A stretch of DNA of 64,000 nt. It comes from Eledone cirrhosa (lineage: Eukaryota). The notes beneath the pieces are model-generated. The model ran no database searches. It worked only from the letters and a program-made list of their open reading frames with translations, and had not been told where the DNA came from. Below are positions 51,276 through 64,000 of the stretch, one piece after another; the first letter of the stretch is position 1; each line of letters begins with the position of its first letter. The stretch covers positions 51,274,001 through 51,338,000 of the forward strand of contig OZ024743.1 in the NCBI GenBank assembly GCA_964016885.1. The letters are read 5' to 3'. The translations under genes and the position numbers were made by a program.

Positions 51276-51724
51276 CTGAAAAAGAAAAAAAATGTCATGG
51301 TTTAGGCAAAAATCATCATGAATTGTCATGGTCCAAAGTGAGACACACACATACCAAAGTGAGACATACACACATACCAAAACGAGACACACACACACAT
51401 ACCAAAGTGATGAGAGAGACATACATACCAAAGTGATGACACACACACACAAGAGAGAGACATGTACACACATACATGGCAGGCTTTGTACAGTTTCCAT
51501 CATCATCATTTTGTCCGCTTTTCCCTGCTTGCAAGGGTGGGACCATCAACCTTAACTTACAAGGCATGAATCCATGTGATTGCAAATTGAACTTTCATGC
51601 CTGCACTCTTTTGAAAGAAAACCTACCAATTTCAACATTGCAAAACATTGAGAAATAAATAAGGAGAGAGTCAGGAAAGATTTCAACCAATTGAGAACTA
51701 TGGAGAGTGACCCATGGAACTTAC

Positions 51725-51828
51725 CAACACAGGTTGCACTGTCAGTTTTTGTCCATCCAGGACAACAGTCTAATACTGTATGGTACACAGTTATATTTTG
51801 GTCATAGCGCTTCAAACAAGTGGTGGTC
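51725..51828 (-). CDS. EMI-domain membrane protein, second EMI exon
   Basis: ttccatag| ... |gtaagt, phases 2 and 1; TTTCLKRYDQNITVYHTVLDCCPGWTKTDSATCV. Confidence 0.82.
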
Positions 51829-52306
51829 CTATGGAAAATATTAAAAAAAGGAGTTTTAAGATAATTTCCTAGCATAGGTTACAGAGCATGGAATGATGAA
51901 GCTGTAGAAATGAGTATTTAACCTTTTTGATAAAAAAAATTACTTGAAACTGCCCATGGTTCAATTTAATGTATTTATATCCAAAATCTTTCCATCATAA
52001 TTATATGCAAGAACTTTTAAGTTATGGCCCAAACACCAACTTCATAATGAGAAAGTTATATTACTAAATCCCCCAAATTCTTGTTTTCAAAATGATTTGA
52101 AAACTGTAGGAGGAATCTTTTGACAAGCCATCAAAATTGACAGCAGCATGATAGATAACACAAGGAGATGAAGGTAGGGAAGGCAACCAGCCAATCTGGG
52201 ATTGTTGCTGAGATGATTAAATTATTTGAAGTATGAATATAAGTGTAAAGAAGAGGAAAAAAAGTTGATAAGAGAGATAAAAAATCTCTTAAATAGTATT
52301 ACATAC

Positions 52307-52432
52307 TTGTAAAATGTACACATATCCAGAGAAAAAAATCCACAACGGGTAATATATTTTTTATTACAGCTTTTTCTCTCCTCAACTTCTCTTGTCTTCT
52401 CTTCCTTCACTCTCTTTTGACACCATCTTCCA
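52307..52432 (-). CDS. EMI-domain membrane protein, first EMI exon
   Basis: tttcag| ... |gtatgt, phase 2/2; GRWCQKRVKEEKTREVEERKSCNKKYITRCGFFSLDMCTFYK. The upstream signal-peptide exon was not located. Confidence 0.8.
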
Positions 52433-53456
52433 CTGAAATACATTGAAAACAAAACATTTACTTGACAAACAAGGCTAGTAAGAACAGTGATGATATAGAG
52501 TTGTTATACTATCCCTGTATCTGGTTTAAAATAGTTACACTGTAACAGTTGATGCACTGAATCACTATCTGGTTTAGAATAGGTACACCATACCCGTGTT
52601 GTAAGAGGCAACTGAAGGGGTATCTGGCTGTAAAACCTTGCCCCCAAAAGGACCCTATGTTATGGGATTTGCAAGTCTAACATCTGTGTTACTGAAGCTG
52701 ATAACATTAAGACAAGTGTTGATATACTAAGTTTATTTTGAAGTCTTGGAAAATCTCATACCCACCATCAGTTCAAGATTCTCAAGGACATATCTTGGTA
52801 TGCCCCAAACAATGATAGGTACATCTTTTACCTCTTTATCCTTGTCTTCCAAAGACATACAGGTATATTTTAGTATCATTTGTGAAGCACAGGTTCAGAC
52901 AAAAAGTAAATTTGATCAAAATATTTAAAAATATTTTTTTTAAATTACAAAACTAAACATGGGAAAGTAAGATATGTTTAGGTTCAATATTTTCAAACAG
53001 ATTACATTACTGGATATACAAACGGTACCTTGATGAAAACATTTCTGAAATTTTGACAAGTGGAAAGTGTGAGAGATGAGTGGAGAACAGCAGATGATAA
53101 GAGAACAAATAATGACAAAGTGGCGGTTGTGAGGTAGAAAGGAGTAGAGAACAGCAGATGACAAAATGGAGGGTGTGAAGTAGCAAAGTAGAACTCATTC
53201 TTTTACTGGCTTCAGTCATTTGATTGTGGCCATGCTAGAACAGTTATTGCTGGAGAACCACAGTTATTTTTGCACTGGTTTCAGTCAGTGGACTGTGGTC
53301 ATGTTGGATCACACCCAGTACTTATTTTATTTTTTGTTGATTCGCTAATTATAGGGTATAAAAAATACATATGCCCATCTGCATATATATATGAAAAAAT
53401 ATTGTTTTTAAAAAAGAAGTAGGTGGAGAAGTTAAAACAGCTCAAAATACAATAAT

Positions 53457-54790
53457 CATCATCATCATCATCAACGTTTTACGTCCATTCTTCCACGCTA
53501 GCATGGGTTAGACGGATTGTCCTGTTGTGGGTAGTGTCTGGTCGGCTCATACAGGAACTGATTTGGCTTGATTTCTACAGCTGGATGCCCTTCCTAACAC
53601 CAACCTCATTTACAGTGAGTGCTGGGTACTTTTTCGTGGCGCCTACACGTCCACTTTACAGTGTGGGCTGGGTGCTTTTTTGCCGTGGCACCTCCACGAC
53701 CACCTTGCAGTGGGAGGGTGTGGGGGCATATTGTCTATATGCTTCAGCTTGTACCCATGAGAGGTCGGGTACTCTGTATTACTGCGTGACGCCAGAGGTC
53801 ACGGTCGTGTGTCATCGCCTTTGAGAGGTGTAATTGGGTAAGGTCGGCTTTTATCACCTCATCCCAGGTCTTCTTGGGTCTCTCCACTCCGCGGTTTCCA
53901 TCGACTTCTATTGCTCTGCACCTTTTTATGCAGCTATCATCCTTCATACGCATCACATGTCCATACCAACGCAACCGCCTCTCCTGCACACAGCATTTGA
54001 TTCCTCTTATGCTCAGTCTCTCTCTCAATTAATTTATGCTTTGTCGTTCGCGTATATTACTATTACACATACATCGGAGCATGCAGGCTTCATTTCTCTC
54101 TAATCTATGTAAGTCTTCCACCTTCAGCGCCCAGGTCTCACTACCATGTAACATTGCTGTTCGGATACATGCATCATACAGTCTGCCTTTCATTTTGAGG
54201 GAGAAGCCTTTTGCAGCTAGCAGTGGTAGTAGTTCCCTGAACTTCTTCCATCCCGTTCTTACCCTAGTTATTGTACTTTCTGAACACCCACCTCCGCTGC
54301 TAATTCGGTTACCTAGGTAGCAGAAGCTGTCTACTGTCTCTACAGAGCCCACCCAGAGATTGGTGGTACTTGTTTCCTGTGGCTGTTTGTTGCTTGTTGT
54401 CCCAGTACAGCTGCTGCATGTGAAGCCTACATTCTTAATTAAGCTTCCTGAGATCCCGCTACATCTCTTGTGTACCCATTGTTTGCATTTGGAGCAGAGA
54501 ATGGAGTTCCTACCTACACTTTTCCTACATACTGAGCAAGGCCATTTCCCTGAGGGGATCTGGGTTCTGTCTTCTCGTCTACTTACAAGGACCTTAGTCT
54601 TTGAGACCCTTTCTTTCTAGTCCCTGCTTCCAAGTTTGGAATTTCTTCTCTAGTTCTACCTTAGATTCAGCTATAAGTGCGAGGTCATCAGCATACAGGA
54701 GTTCCCATGGGCATCCGGTCTTAAACTCCCCTGTTATTGCCTGCTAGACTATGATGAACAAAGAGAGGGCTAAGAACAGAGCCCTGGTGA
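53457..54790 (-). mobile_element. RTE LINE, 5'-truncated
   Basis: (CAT)n tail, LLYADDL and RTAMLHGSETW motifs; same subfamily as 8610-9947. Confidence 0.92.
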
Positions 54791-55279
54791 ATAAATAATG
54801 AATGAATATTATATAATTTATCTACTAAATTTCATAGCTCTTGATAAAACAAATATTCTTATATATAAAGTATTACTTATTTTAAGATTCACTTCTTTAA
54901 AATTTTCAAATGTCAACACTACAGGTTAGCATCTATTAACACTCATCACATCGCTTATATAAACATTAATATATTTGCATCGTTATATAAGGTTTATGTT
55001 TCCGTTGCTAATTTTCTTTTTCATAACATTTTAGTTTATTATATATGCAGTTTATATATAATGTCTTTTTTCAATGTATCATGGATTATTTAACTGATTA
55101 CAGAAGAGAGTGTAACACAGTCTCTTCAATTTCTGTGCATATTGTCAATTACGATTTCATTTGACATATCTACATGCATATATAGTTGTGTAAATATCAA
55201 TATGCACACTACACAGGCTAGCAGAAAAACCAAAGATTTTTCAAACAAGCACTATTGTGTTAAAAAATAATTACGCATG

Positions 55280-55422
55280 AATATTTAATGTAAAAACCTA
55301 TTTGATAATACTTTAATGAATAATTTGCTTCATCATCATGATCATCAAGCGGACGTAAAATGATAACGATGAAGCAAATTATTCATTAAAGTATTACCAA
55401 ATAGGTTTTTACATTAAATATT
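55280..55422. repeat. 55 bp near-perfect inverted repeat (hairpin)
   Basis: Arms 55280-55334 and 55368-55422 with one G.U-type difference; 33 bp loop. Confidence 0.92.
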
Positions 55423-55953
55423 GATTTACAATCATTTTGTCCCGATATATATATATATAGATATATATATAAAAGGGTAGATTCTCGATGGGTATCGGGA
55501 GTTAACCCCAGTTAAAAAGGTACTTAATACAGAGTATAAGCAGCTCTATTTTATATACAAATGAAACAGTTCTAACCCTGTAGAAGTCATTTTCATATAA
55601 AATAAAGATATATATAAATACATAAACACACGCCAACAATAGGCTACCTTACAGTTTCACTGGTGCAGCCCAACGCTATATTAGAAGACACTCCCAAAGT
55701 TCAATGCAGTGGGATTGAACCCAAAACCTACAAGACAGTAAGATGACCAGTATCTGCCATCACTGATACTTCACAACAGGATAGCAGTCTGTAAAGCATG
55801 CCCCCACCCCGACACACAGACTACTGTTAAGGTAATCATCCAGGGAATAACACCAGAATAACTACCGCACCCCTAACATTTAATGGCATTTCAGGAGATA
55901 CTCTTACTAATAAATAATTAAACCAGGCATTTATCCTTGTCATATCTTCAAAG

Positions 55954-56760
55954 CGTGTGTAAGTGTGTGTGTGTGTGTAAGTGTGTGTGTAAGTGTGTGT
56001 GTGTGTAAGTGTGTGTGTGTGTGTGTGTGTGTGTAAGTGTGTGTGTGTGTGTGTGTAAGTGTGTGTGTGTGTGTAAGTGTGTGTGTGTGTGTAAGTGTGT
56101 GTGTGTGTGTGTAAGTGTGTGTGTGTGTGTGTAAGTGTGTGTGTGTGTGTGTGTGTAAGTGTGTGTGTAAGTGTGTGTGTGTAAGTGTGTGTGTAAGTGT
56201 GAGTGAGTGTAAGTGTGAGTGAGTGTAAGTGTGTGTGAGTGTAAGTGTGTGTGAGTGTAAGTGTGTGTGAGTAAGTGTGTGTGAGAGTAAGTGTGTGTGA
56301 GTGTGTGTGTGAGTGTAAGTGTGTGTGAGTGTAAGTGTGTGTGAGTGTAAGTGTGTGTGAGTGTAAGTGTGTGTGAGTGTAAGTGTGTGTGAGTGTAAGT
56401 GTGTGTGAGTGTAAGTGTGTGTGAGTGTAAGTGTGTGTGAGTGTAAGTGTGTGTGAGTGTAAGTGTGTGTGAGTGTAAGTGTGTGTGAGTGTAAGTGTGT
56501 GTGAGTGTAAGTGTGTGTGAGTGTAAGTGTGTGTGAGTGTAAGTGTGTGTGAGTGTAAGTGTGTGTGAGTGTAAGTGTGTGTGAGTGTAAGTGTGTGTGA
56601 GTGTAAGTGTGTGTGAGTGTAAGTGTGTGAGTGTAAGTGTGTGAGTAAGTGTGTGAGTGTAAGTGTGTGTGAGTGTGTGAGTGTACATGCATGTGTGTAA
56701 GTGTACATGCATGTGTGTAAGTGTACATGCATGTGTGTAAGTGTACATGCATGTGTGTAT
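55954..56760. repeat. (GT)n-derived compound satellite with GTAAGT/GTGAGT units
   Basis: GT runs grade into 16 bp gtgagtgtaagtgtgt and then a 20 bp unit. Confidence 0.97.
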
Positions 56761-57458
56761 GTCATGAGTGGTCTGGTACCAAAAGGGTTAAGGAAACAGG
56801 ATTACCTGTACCTATTCTAAATACCTGGGATACACAAGAAAAACCATGCATACATATCCTTGGTTTTAAAACAGGTATGCCATAACTGCATATTCTCCTA
56901 AACCCAAGCCATCACAGAAAAGTGATCATACAAGGGTTGGCTGAAGGATTGATGCTAAGGCTGTGAAATCTTGCAAGCATTAATTTCAACTGCATTGTTT
57001 CTTTCCAGGGACTATGTTGAAAATCAAACCTCATTTGTCATTCCATGAGAGTATCTTGGTCAGCATACCCTTGCAAAAGCAATCACACAAAAGTTGCCCA
57101 TCTTTCATCCACTTACATACATGGCCTCTTTGATGTATGTTTTAGAAGATCTGGTACCTGTTTTTATCAGCTAATGCCACTGAAGTATGGTGAATAAAAT
57201 GTGCTTAACAGTAGGTCTGCACCAAATTTGAAAACATGACAGATTAACTGTTAACCCTTAACGTCCTATACTACACGAAACTGCATTAAGACATTTGTGA
57301 AAATTACAAAGCACTAACAACATCACATTAAAAGTTAAGTTCTGCAAATTTTCACAATGATCTGTCCACTAGTAAAGATACAAACATTTGAAAACCCTGT
57401 TTTTAGACATTTCCTACTAAATCCTTATCAGTAGGTCATTTTACCTGAGATATACAAC

Positions 57459-58054
57459 TATAATTCTTGACACAGGCCACTGCCTATACAATAATTGACA
57501 CAAGCCACTGCCTATACAATAATTGACACAAGCCACTGCCTATACTTTAATTGACACAGGCCACTGCCTATACTATAATTGACACAGGCCACTGCCTATA
57601 CTATAATTGACACAGGCCACTGCCTATACTATAATTGACACAGGCCACTGCCTATACTATAATTGACACAGGCCACTGCCTATACTATAATTGACACAGG
57701 CCACTGCCTATACTATAATTGACACAGGCCACTGCCTATACTATAATTGACACAGGCCACTGCCTATACTATAATTGACACAGGCTACTGCCTATACTAT
57801 AATTGACACAGGCTACTGCCTATACTATAATAGACACAGGTCACCACCTATATAATAATAGACACAGGTCACCACCTATATAATAATAGACACAGGTCAC
57901 CACCTATATAATAATAGACACAGGTCACCACCTATATAATAATAGACACAGGTCACCACCTATATAATAATAGACACAGGTCACCACCTATACAATAATT
58001 GACACAGGTCACTGTCTATACTATAATTGACACAGGTCACTGCCTATACTATAA
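57459..58054. repeat. 28 bp minisatellite, ~21 copies
   Basis: Unit taattgacacaggccactgcctatacta. Confidence 0.97.
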
Positions 58055-58129
58055 GTAGTAATTTATATATGTGACCAACTAAACTACAGTAAAGCTACTA
58101 GCATATGAATACAAGTCACTGACCAAACT

Positions 58130-59915
58130 TATAACCAGTAACAGTATATAATATAACCAGTAACAGCATATAATATAACCAGTAACAGCATATAATATAA
58201 CCAGTAACAGCATATAATATAACCAGTAACAGCATATAATATAACCAGTAACAATATATAATATAACCAGTAACAATATATAATATAACCAGTAACAATA
58301 TATAATATAACCAGTAACAATATATAATATAACCAGTAACAATATATAATATAACCAGTAACAGTATATAATATAACCAGTAACAATATATAATATAACC
58401 AGTAACAATATATAATATAACCAGTAACAATATATAATATAACCAGTAACAATATATAATATAACCAGTAACAGTATATAATATAACCAGTAACAGTATA
58501 TAATATAACCAGTAACAGCATATAATATAACCAGTAACAGCATATAATATAACCAGTAACAGCATATAATATAACCAGTAACAGTATATAATATAACCAG
58601 TAACAGTATATAATATAACCAGTAACAGTATATAATATAACCAGTAACAGTATATAATATAACCAGTAACAATATATAATATAACCAGTAACAGTATATA
58701 ATATAACCATTAACAGTATATAATATAACCAGTAACAGTATACAATATAACCAGTAACAGTATATAATATAACCAGTAACAGCATATAATATAACCAGTA
58801 ACAGTATATAATATAACCAGTAACAATATATAATATAACCAGTAACAGTATATAATATAACCAGTAACAGCATATAATATAACCAGTAACAGCATATAAT
58901 ATAACCAGTAACAGTATATAATATAACCAGTAACAGTATATAATATAACCAGTAACAGTATATAATATAACCAGTAACAGCATATAATATAACCAGTAAC
59001 AGCATATAATATAACCAGTAACAGTATACAATATAACCAGTAACAGCATATAATATAACCAGTAACAGTATATAATATAACCAGTAACAATATATAATAT
59101 AACCAGTAACAATATATACTATAACCAGTAACAGTATATAATATAACCAGTAACAGTATATAATATAACCAGTAACAGTATATAATATAACCAGTAACAG
59201 TATATAATATAACCAGTAACAGTATATAATATAACCAGTAACAATATATAATATAACCAGTAACAATATATAATATAACCAGTAACAATATATAATATAA
59301 CCAGTAACAGTATATAATATAACCAGTAACAGTATATAATATAACCAGTAACAGTATATAATATAACCAGTAACAGTATATAATATAACCAGTAACAGTA
59401 TATAATATAACCAGTAACAATATATAATATAACCATTGACAGTATATAATATAACCAGTAACACTATATGAAATTATAACAAGTAACGGTATATGAAATT
59501 ATAATCAGTAACAGTATATAATATAACCAGTAACGGTATATTAAATATAACCAGAAACGGTATATTAAAATATAACCAGAAACGGTATATTAAAATATAA
59601 CCAGAAACGGTATATTAAAATATAACCAGAAACGGTATATTAAAATATAACCAGAAACGGTATATTAAAATATAACCAGAAACGGTATATTAAAATATAA
59701 CCAGAAACGGTATATTAAAATATAACCAGTAACGGTATATTAAAATATAACCAGTAACGGTATATTAAAATATAACCAGTAACGGTATATTAAAATATAA
59801 CCAGTAACGGTATATTAAAATATAACCAGAAACGGTATATTAAAATATAACCAGAAACAGTATATTAAAATAAAACCAGTAACGGTATATTAAAATATAA
59901 CCAGTAACAATATAT
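58130..59915. repeat. 22 bp minisatellite grading into a 25 bp variant
   Basis: ataaccagtaacagtatataat, then tataaccagaaacggtatattaaaa. Confidence 0.98.
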
Positions 59916-61336
59916 GAAATTCAATTGTTATGTACAGGAAACAAGGAAGGCTTACAACCAGTAAAGCAGAAAGTCTTTCAACATACAACAACATGCACAC
60001 ATGAGCTAAAATATAATTAGACGAAGGTGTTTATTATATCAGCGCAGGAAGTTATGATTGTCAATCAGATCTCCTGACATTATTATTAAAATAAACTTTA
60101 AATATCAGCAGTTAGGTATTAAAAATATACTGTTCACACCAATGTGTGTTTAGTTGCCTCTCATACGAGTTTTTACATGTTTTAATGTAGGTTTAGCTGG
60201 CCTCTTACAAGGTTGCATCTCATCAGAGCTTCACAAGTGTTTTAATTATTGGAACTCCGGGCCAATCATGTGACAGCTCATATTTACGTATCTCGGGTCC
60301 CCAATAATATGGTTGGAATAAGTGGTAGGGTTGGAAAATCGATAATTTTTCTAGGTTGTCTTCGCTGATTTTTTTTTTAAGAACCAGAATTAATCGTTTA
60401 GTTTACATATTGAGAACCCAACCTATCCTATTTATGTATGGGATTTCTAGTAATTTACTTTTTGTAAGACATGTATAATGTTTTTTAATTCATAAAGAAA
60501 ATAAATTGTTGCAGGAATATTACCACTTAAAATAAAATCTCGCCAGATAGATTAGCAAAATTTAATAAGCAGGTGATGGGGGTGGGGTGGGGGGGGGGGG
60601 GGATTTGATTAATTGAGACCTAAGAATAAGTTTAGCTGACTTCCTACAGGGTTGCATTTCATCTAGGTTTTACAGGTGCTTAAATGATAGAAGCCACTAA
60701 GAATTATAGGCAAATTGGTACAGCAAGAATAGTGCCCCAAGTTCATACAAAGCCATAGTTAATTTTCCCTTCCATTGTTTCAAGGTTGATAAGTACTATA
60801 AGGGCAGCCGAGTGGAATATTCCTATGGTACCCTTATTCCTGAGAGGGTCAAGGGGACAAATTCCTCAAACACTTTTTCCAGCAAGTCCTGTCAGCATGG
60901 ATAACCAAGATCAGTAAATTAAGTACCTTTAATTCAACTACACACACTAGTCAACACATTACATAAGACTAAACTACCAACAATACACAGAATTCAGTTA
61001 ATATTCCTCCTTTACAAAAATTGGTCCAATGCCAAGTGCCAAGTCCAAAGAAACATCACACACAAACACATGATGTATTAAAACATAACATATGCACACG
61101 CACACAGAGATTACACACACACATATAAAGATTATACATACACACGCACGTTTTATACTGTATTCTCAAATCAATATTATACCAGTTTGCATGGCGATGT
61201 TTCAAGATGTCATGACTGCACAACTGAAAAATAGGACAGTGCAGCAGCATTCTGGCCACTACGTTTTCTTCTATGGTCAACTGGTGCCAACAACCAATAT
61301 TGCCCTCTCTAAGAACCTATACTGTCATCTATATAT

Positions 61337-61505
61337 AATTGTTTCTACTTTTGGCACAAGGCCAGCAATTATCTCAGTGTATTACTGGTACTTTATTTTA
61401 TCGACCCCGTAAGGATGAAAGGCAAAGTTAACCTCGGCAGGATTTGAACTCGGTTCGTAAAGGAACGTCACTGTGTTGCAAAGCATGGCGTTCGACCCTC
61501 TACCG
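61337..61505 (-). mobile_element. tRNA-derived SINE with 20 bp flanking duplication
   Basis: Same family as 10667-11005; tactgtcatctatatataat at 61320-61339 and 61513-61532. Confidence 0.85.
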
Positions 61506-61759
61506 TCTGCAGTACTGTCATCTATATATAATGACAGTACTGCAGACCCTTTTTTGTCCGTCTGTCACACGAACACTAGATAATCAAGAATGTTCTAAAA
61601 TATTTAATTTGCAATTTCTGGAACACAAATTTAAGAATATTCGAAAATCACCAGAAATCAGTGATTTTGTCTCTCCATGCCCCAGGGAGTGTATGCAAGG
61701 GAGATACATTTTATATCTGCATTCCACTTTTGCCCATATGTTTAAATACCTCTCTCTTG

Positions 61760-61796
<37 letters not shown>

Positions 61797-61862
61797 AGAA
61801 AAAAAATGTTGAGATTACTTTTAATACGGAATATCTAATTTATATAAAAGCATAGCAGTGTC

Positions 61863-61901
<39 letters not shown>

Positions 61902-61934
61902 TGTGTGGTGTGTGTGTATATAGTGATGATGATA

Positions 61935-63210
61935 TCATTTAATATCTATTTCCCATGCTAACATTGGTGAGATGGGTTACCACAAACTGAGGCTAGGCAG
62001 GTTATATGGCATCTTGCTTGAACGTTCAGTCTTTGACTTGGTTTCTATGGCTGGATACCCTTTCTAATGCCAACCAGTGTACTGGGAGCATTTTATCATG
62101 ACTCCAGCACTAAAATCTTACAGGATGGACAGTGCTTTTCGTGGCACTAGCATTACCACCTTACAAGGTGGACAGTGCTTTTTAACATGGTACCAGCACT
62201 ACCACAGGGTACTCATTGAGTCCTTGATCAGGCTGGTGAAGTACTGATGTGATTAGGGATATAAAAATGAGGGTAGCCTTGAAAGTGTGTTGTGCCTGGC
62301 AGTATATTGTGAGGCACAGGTTGGATATGGAAAGTGAATCAAGGATGTGAGTGAAAATAGGAAGCACAATATGACAGGGATAGGGGGTACTGGAATCGAT
62401 TGGACAAGGAAAGGAGCAAAAAACAAAAGGGGTGAAACGGGATAGTTGGGGGTTTAAAGCAGGGAAGGTGGATGGGTGATGGTGGTGCTGGGGGTTTGCT
62501 AAATACCATTTCACCTATCTGCCATCCCCGGCTACATGGGTAGGCAAGTCTGCTATCATTCAACATATTGCCAGTCAACTCAGCCTCGTATCATCTTCAT
62601 GAGACATACATAAAAGTGCTTGGTGTTAGTCAAGAAGGGCATTCAGCCCCAGACAGTATGCCAAATATGGAACATATAGGCAAGTAGTGGTCCTCCATCT
62701 GGAAAAGTAGTAACCTTAAATAGGAACTGACTGGGATAAACCAGTCAACCCATGCCAGCATAGAATGTAGATGTAAAATATAAAGAAGGGTCCCACACTA
62801 TAATCTGGTGGACACTTAGGAAGCCAGGTGTAGACAAATGGCTTGTGTGGGCCATGCAAGCCATGTATAGAGAAGAAACCAGCAGAGTGAGAGTTGACCA
62901 GTACAGTGATGAATTTGAAGTGCAGGAAGGGGTTCACCAAGGTTCAGTCCTTAGTTCATCATTGTCCTCTAGGATATCACTGAGGAGTAGAAATCTTGTC
63001 AAACAAAAGGGTGAGGAGGACCCTCAGTTGTGTCAAATACACGACAACCTCTCCTGAATACTTGATGGAATGTGAGACTGTATATAAGCGAGACATGGAT
63101 CCCTGGTCTGCCTGGGTGATCAGTAGCTCCACTTCAGTACTGACTTGGTCTATATAGACCTGTCCAACCTTTGCTAGCAGGGAAGCAGACGTTAAAACGA
63201 TGATGATGAT
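61935..63210. mobile_element. Patchwork of old RTE LINE fragments
   Basis: Decayed tails at ~61935-62200 (-), ~62620-62780 (+) and ~63150-63210 (+); QAMY...GVHQGSVLS remnant at ~62790-62960. Confidence 0.65.
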
Positions 63211-63362
63211 AATATATGATGTCACTATGTGTTTGTTTACAAGGAATGCTGATTATGTGTAATGAAGAGAGTGGTGACCATGTATGAGAATATGTGAATG
63301 GGCATACAGTATAATGGCGAGGTGGTGGAGTCAAGTCTCAAGTTTTATCAGCTGACAATGAC

Positions 63363-63821
63363 GAGAGAGAGAGAGAAAGAGAAAGAGAAAGAGGGAGAGA
63401 AAGAGAGAAAGCGAAAGAAAGAGAGAAAGAGAGAAAGCGAAAGAAAGAGAGAAAGAGAGAAAGCGAAAGAAAGAGAGAAAGAGAGAGAGAGAAAGAGAGA
63501 GAAAGAAAGAGAGAGAGAAAGAAAGAGAGAGAAAGAAAGAGAGAGAGAGAGAGAAAGTAAAGAGAGAGAAAGTAAAGAGAGAGAAAGTAAAGAGAGAGAA
63601 AGAGAGTAAAGAGAGAGAAAGAGAGAGTAAAGAGAGAGAGAAAGAGAGAGAGAAAGAGAGAGGAAGAGAGAGAGAAAGAGAGAGGAAGAGAGAGGGAGAG
63701 GAAGAGAAAGAGAAAGAAAGAAAGAGAAAGGAAGAGAGAGGAAGAGAAAGAGGGAGGAAGAGAAAGAGAGAGGAAGAGAAAGAGAGGAAGAGAAAGAGAG
63801 AGGAAGAGAAAGAGAGAGAGA
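63363..63821. repeat. (GA)n/(GAAA)n purine microsatellite
   Basis: Nearly pure A/G tract. Confidence 0.97.
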
Positions 63822-64000
63822 ATCAAATATCGTGTGGGCGTGGTGAGATGGTGCCACAAATAAGCAGTAATTCTCGTCAATGCTCTAACCATTCTATTAA
63901 TCAAAACGGTATTAGATTCCTGTGGAAAATTTATAACATTATCTTGATTGATATTATCAACATGAAAGTAGAAGGCAAGATGAACACATTCCCAAGTTTA

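Noticed and set aside
55760-55890. Signal-peptide exon for the EMI gene (MPLNVRGAVVILVLFPG)
   Set aside because: Ends in a stop with no convincing phase-2 donor.
55836-59464. His/Thr-rich and 22-aa-repeat hydrophobic ORFs
   Set aside because: Products of GT and 22 bp satellites that are open in several frames.
63298-63904. ERK-rich and SLF-rich ORFs
   Set aside because: GA microsatellite.

Overview
AT-rich, repeat-dense animal genomic DNA. The RTE-LINE and SINE families, microsatellites and tandem C2H2 gene suggest an octopus or other coleoid cephalopod (inference). Three host genes are supported: a C19orf12/nazo-like gene (+, exons 8441-8602 and 10393-10592), a 15-finger C2H2 zinc-finger gene (-, 13577-14896), and a spliced EMI-domain single-pass membrane protein gene (-, four exons, 52432 to 46724). 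The rest is nested mobile DNA: RTE LINEs, a deleted Gypsy element, two convergent CRE-like elements, Helitrons, Penelope fragments, piggyBac-type MITEs, tRNA-SINEs and large minisatellites. Two observations stand out. (1) Two diverged ~430-455 bp non-coding elements (99-767 and 11163-11653) each carry a type I hammerhead ribozyme, an ATGCAAAT octamer and covarying hairpins. They look like a retrozyme family with an snRNA-type promoter element, and a Penelope element in the window has the same ribozyme core. (2) The Gypsy primer-binding site is exactly complementary to the first 12 nt of tRNA-Phe rather than to a tRNA 3' end. Everything was read by eye, so boundaries of degraded repeats are approximate.
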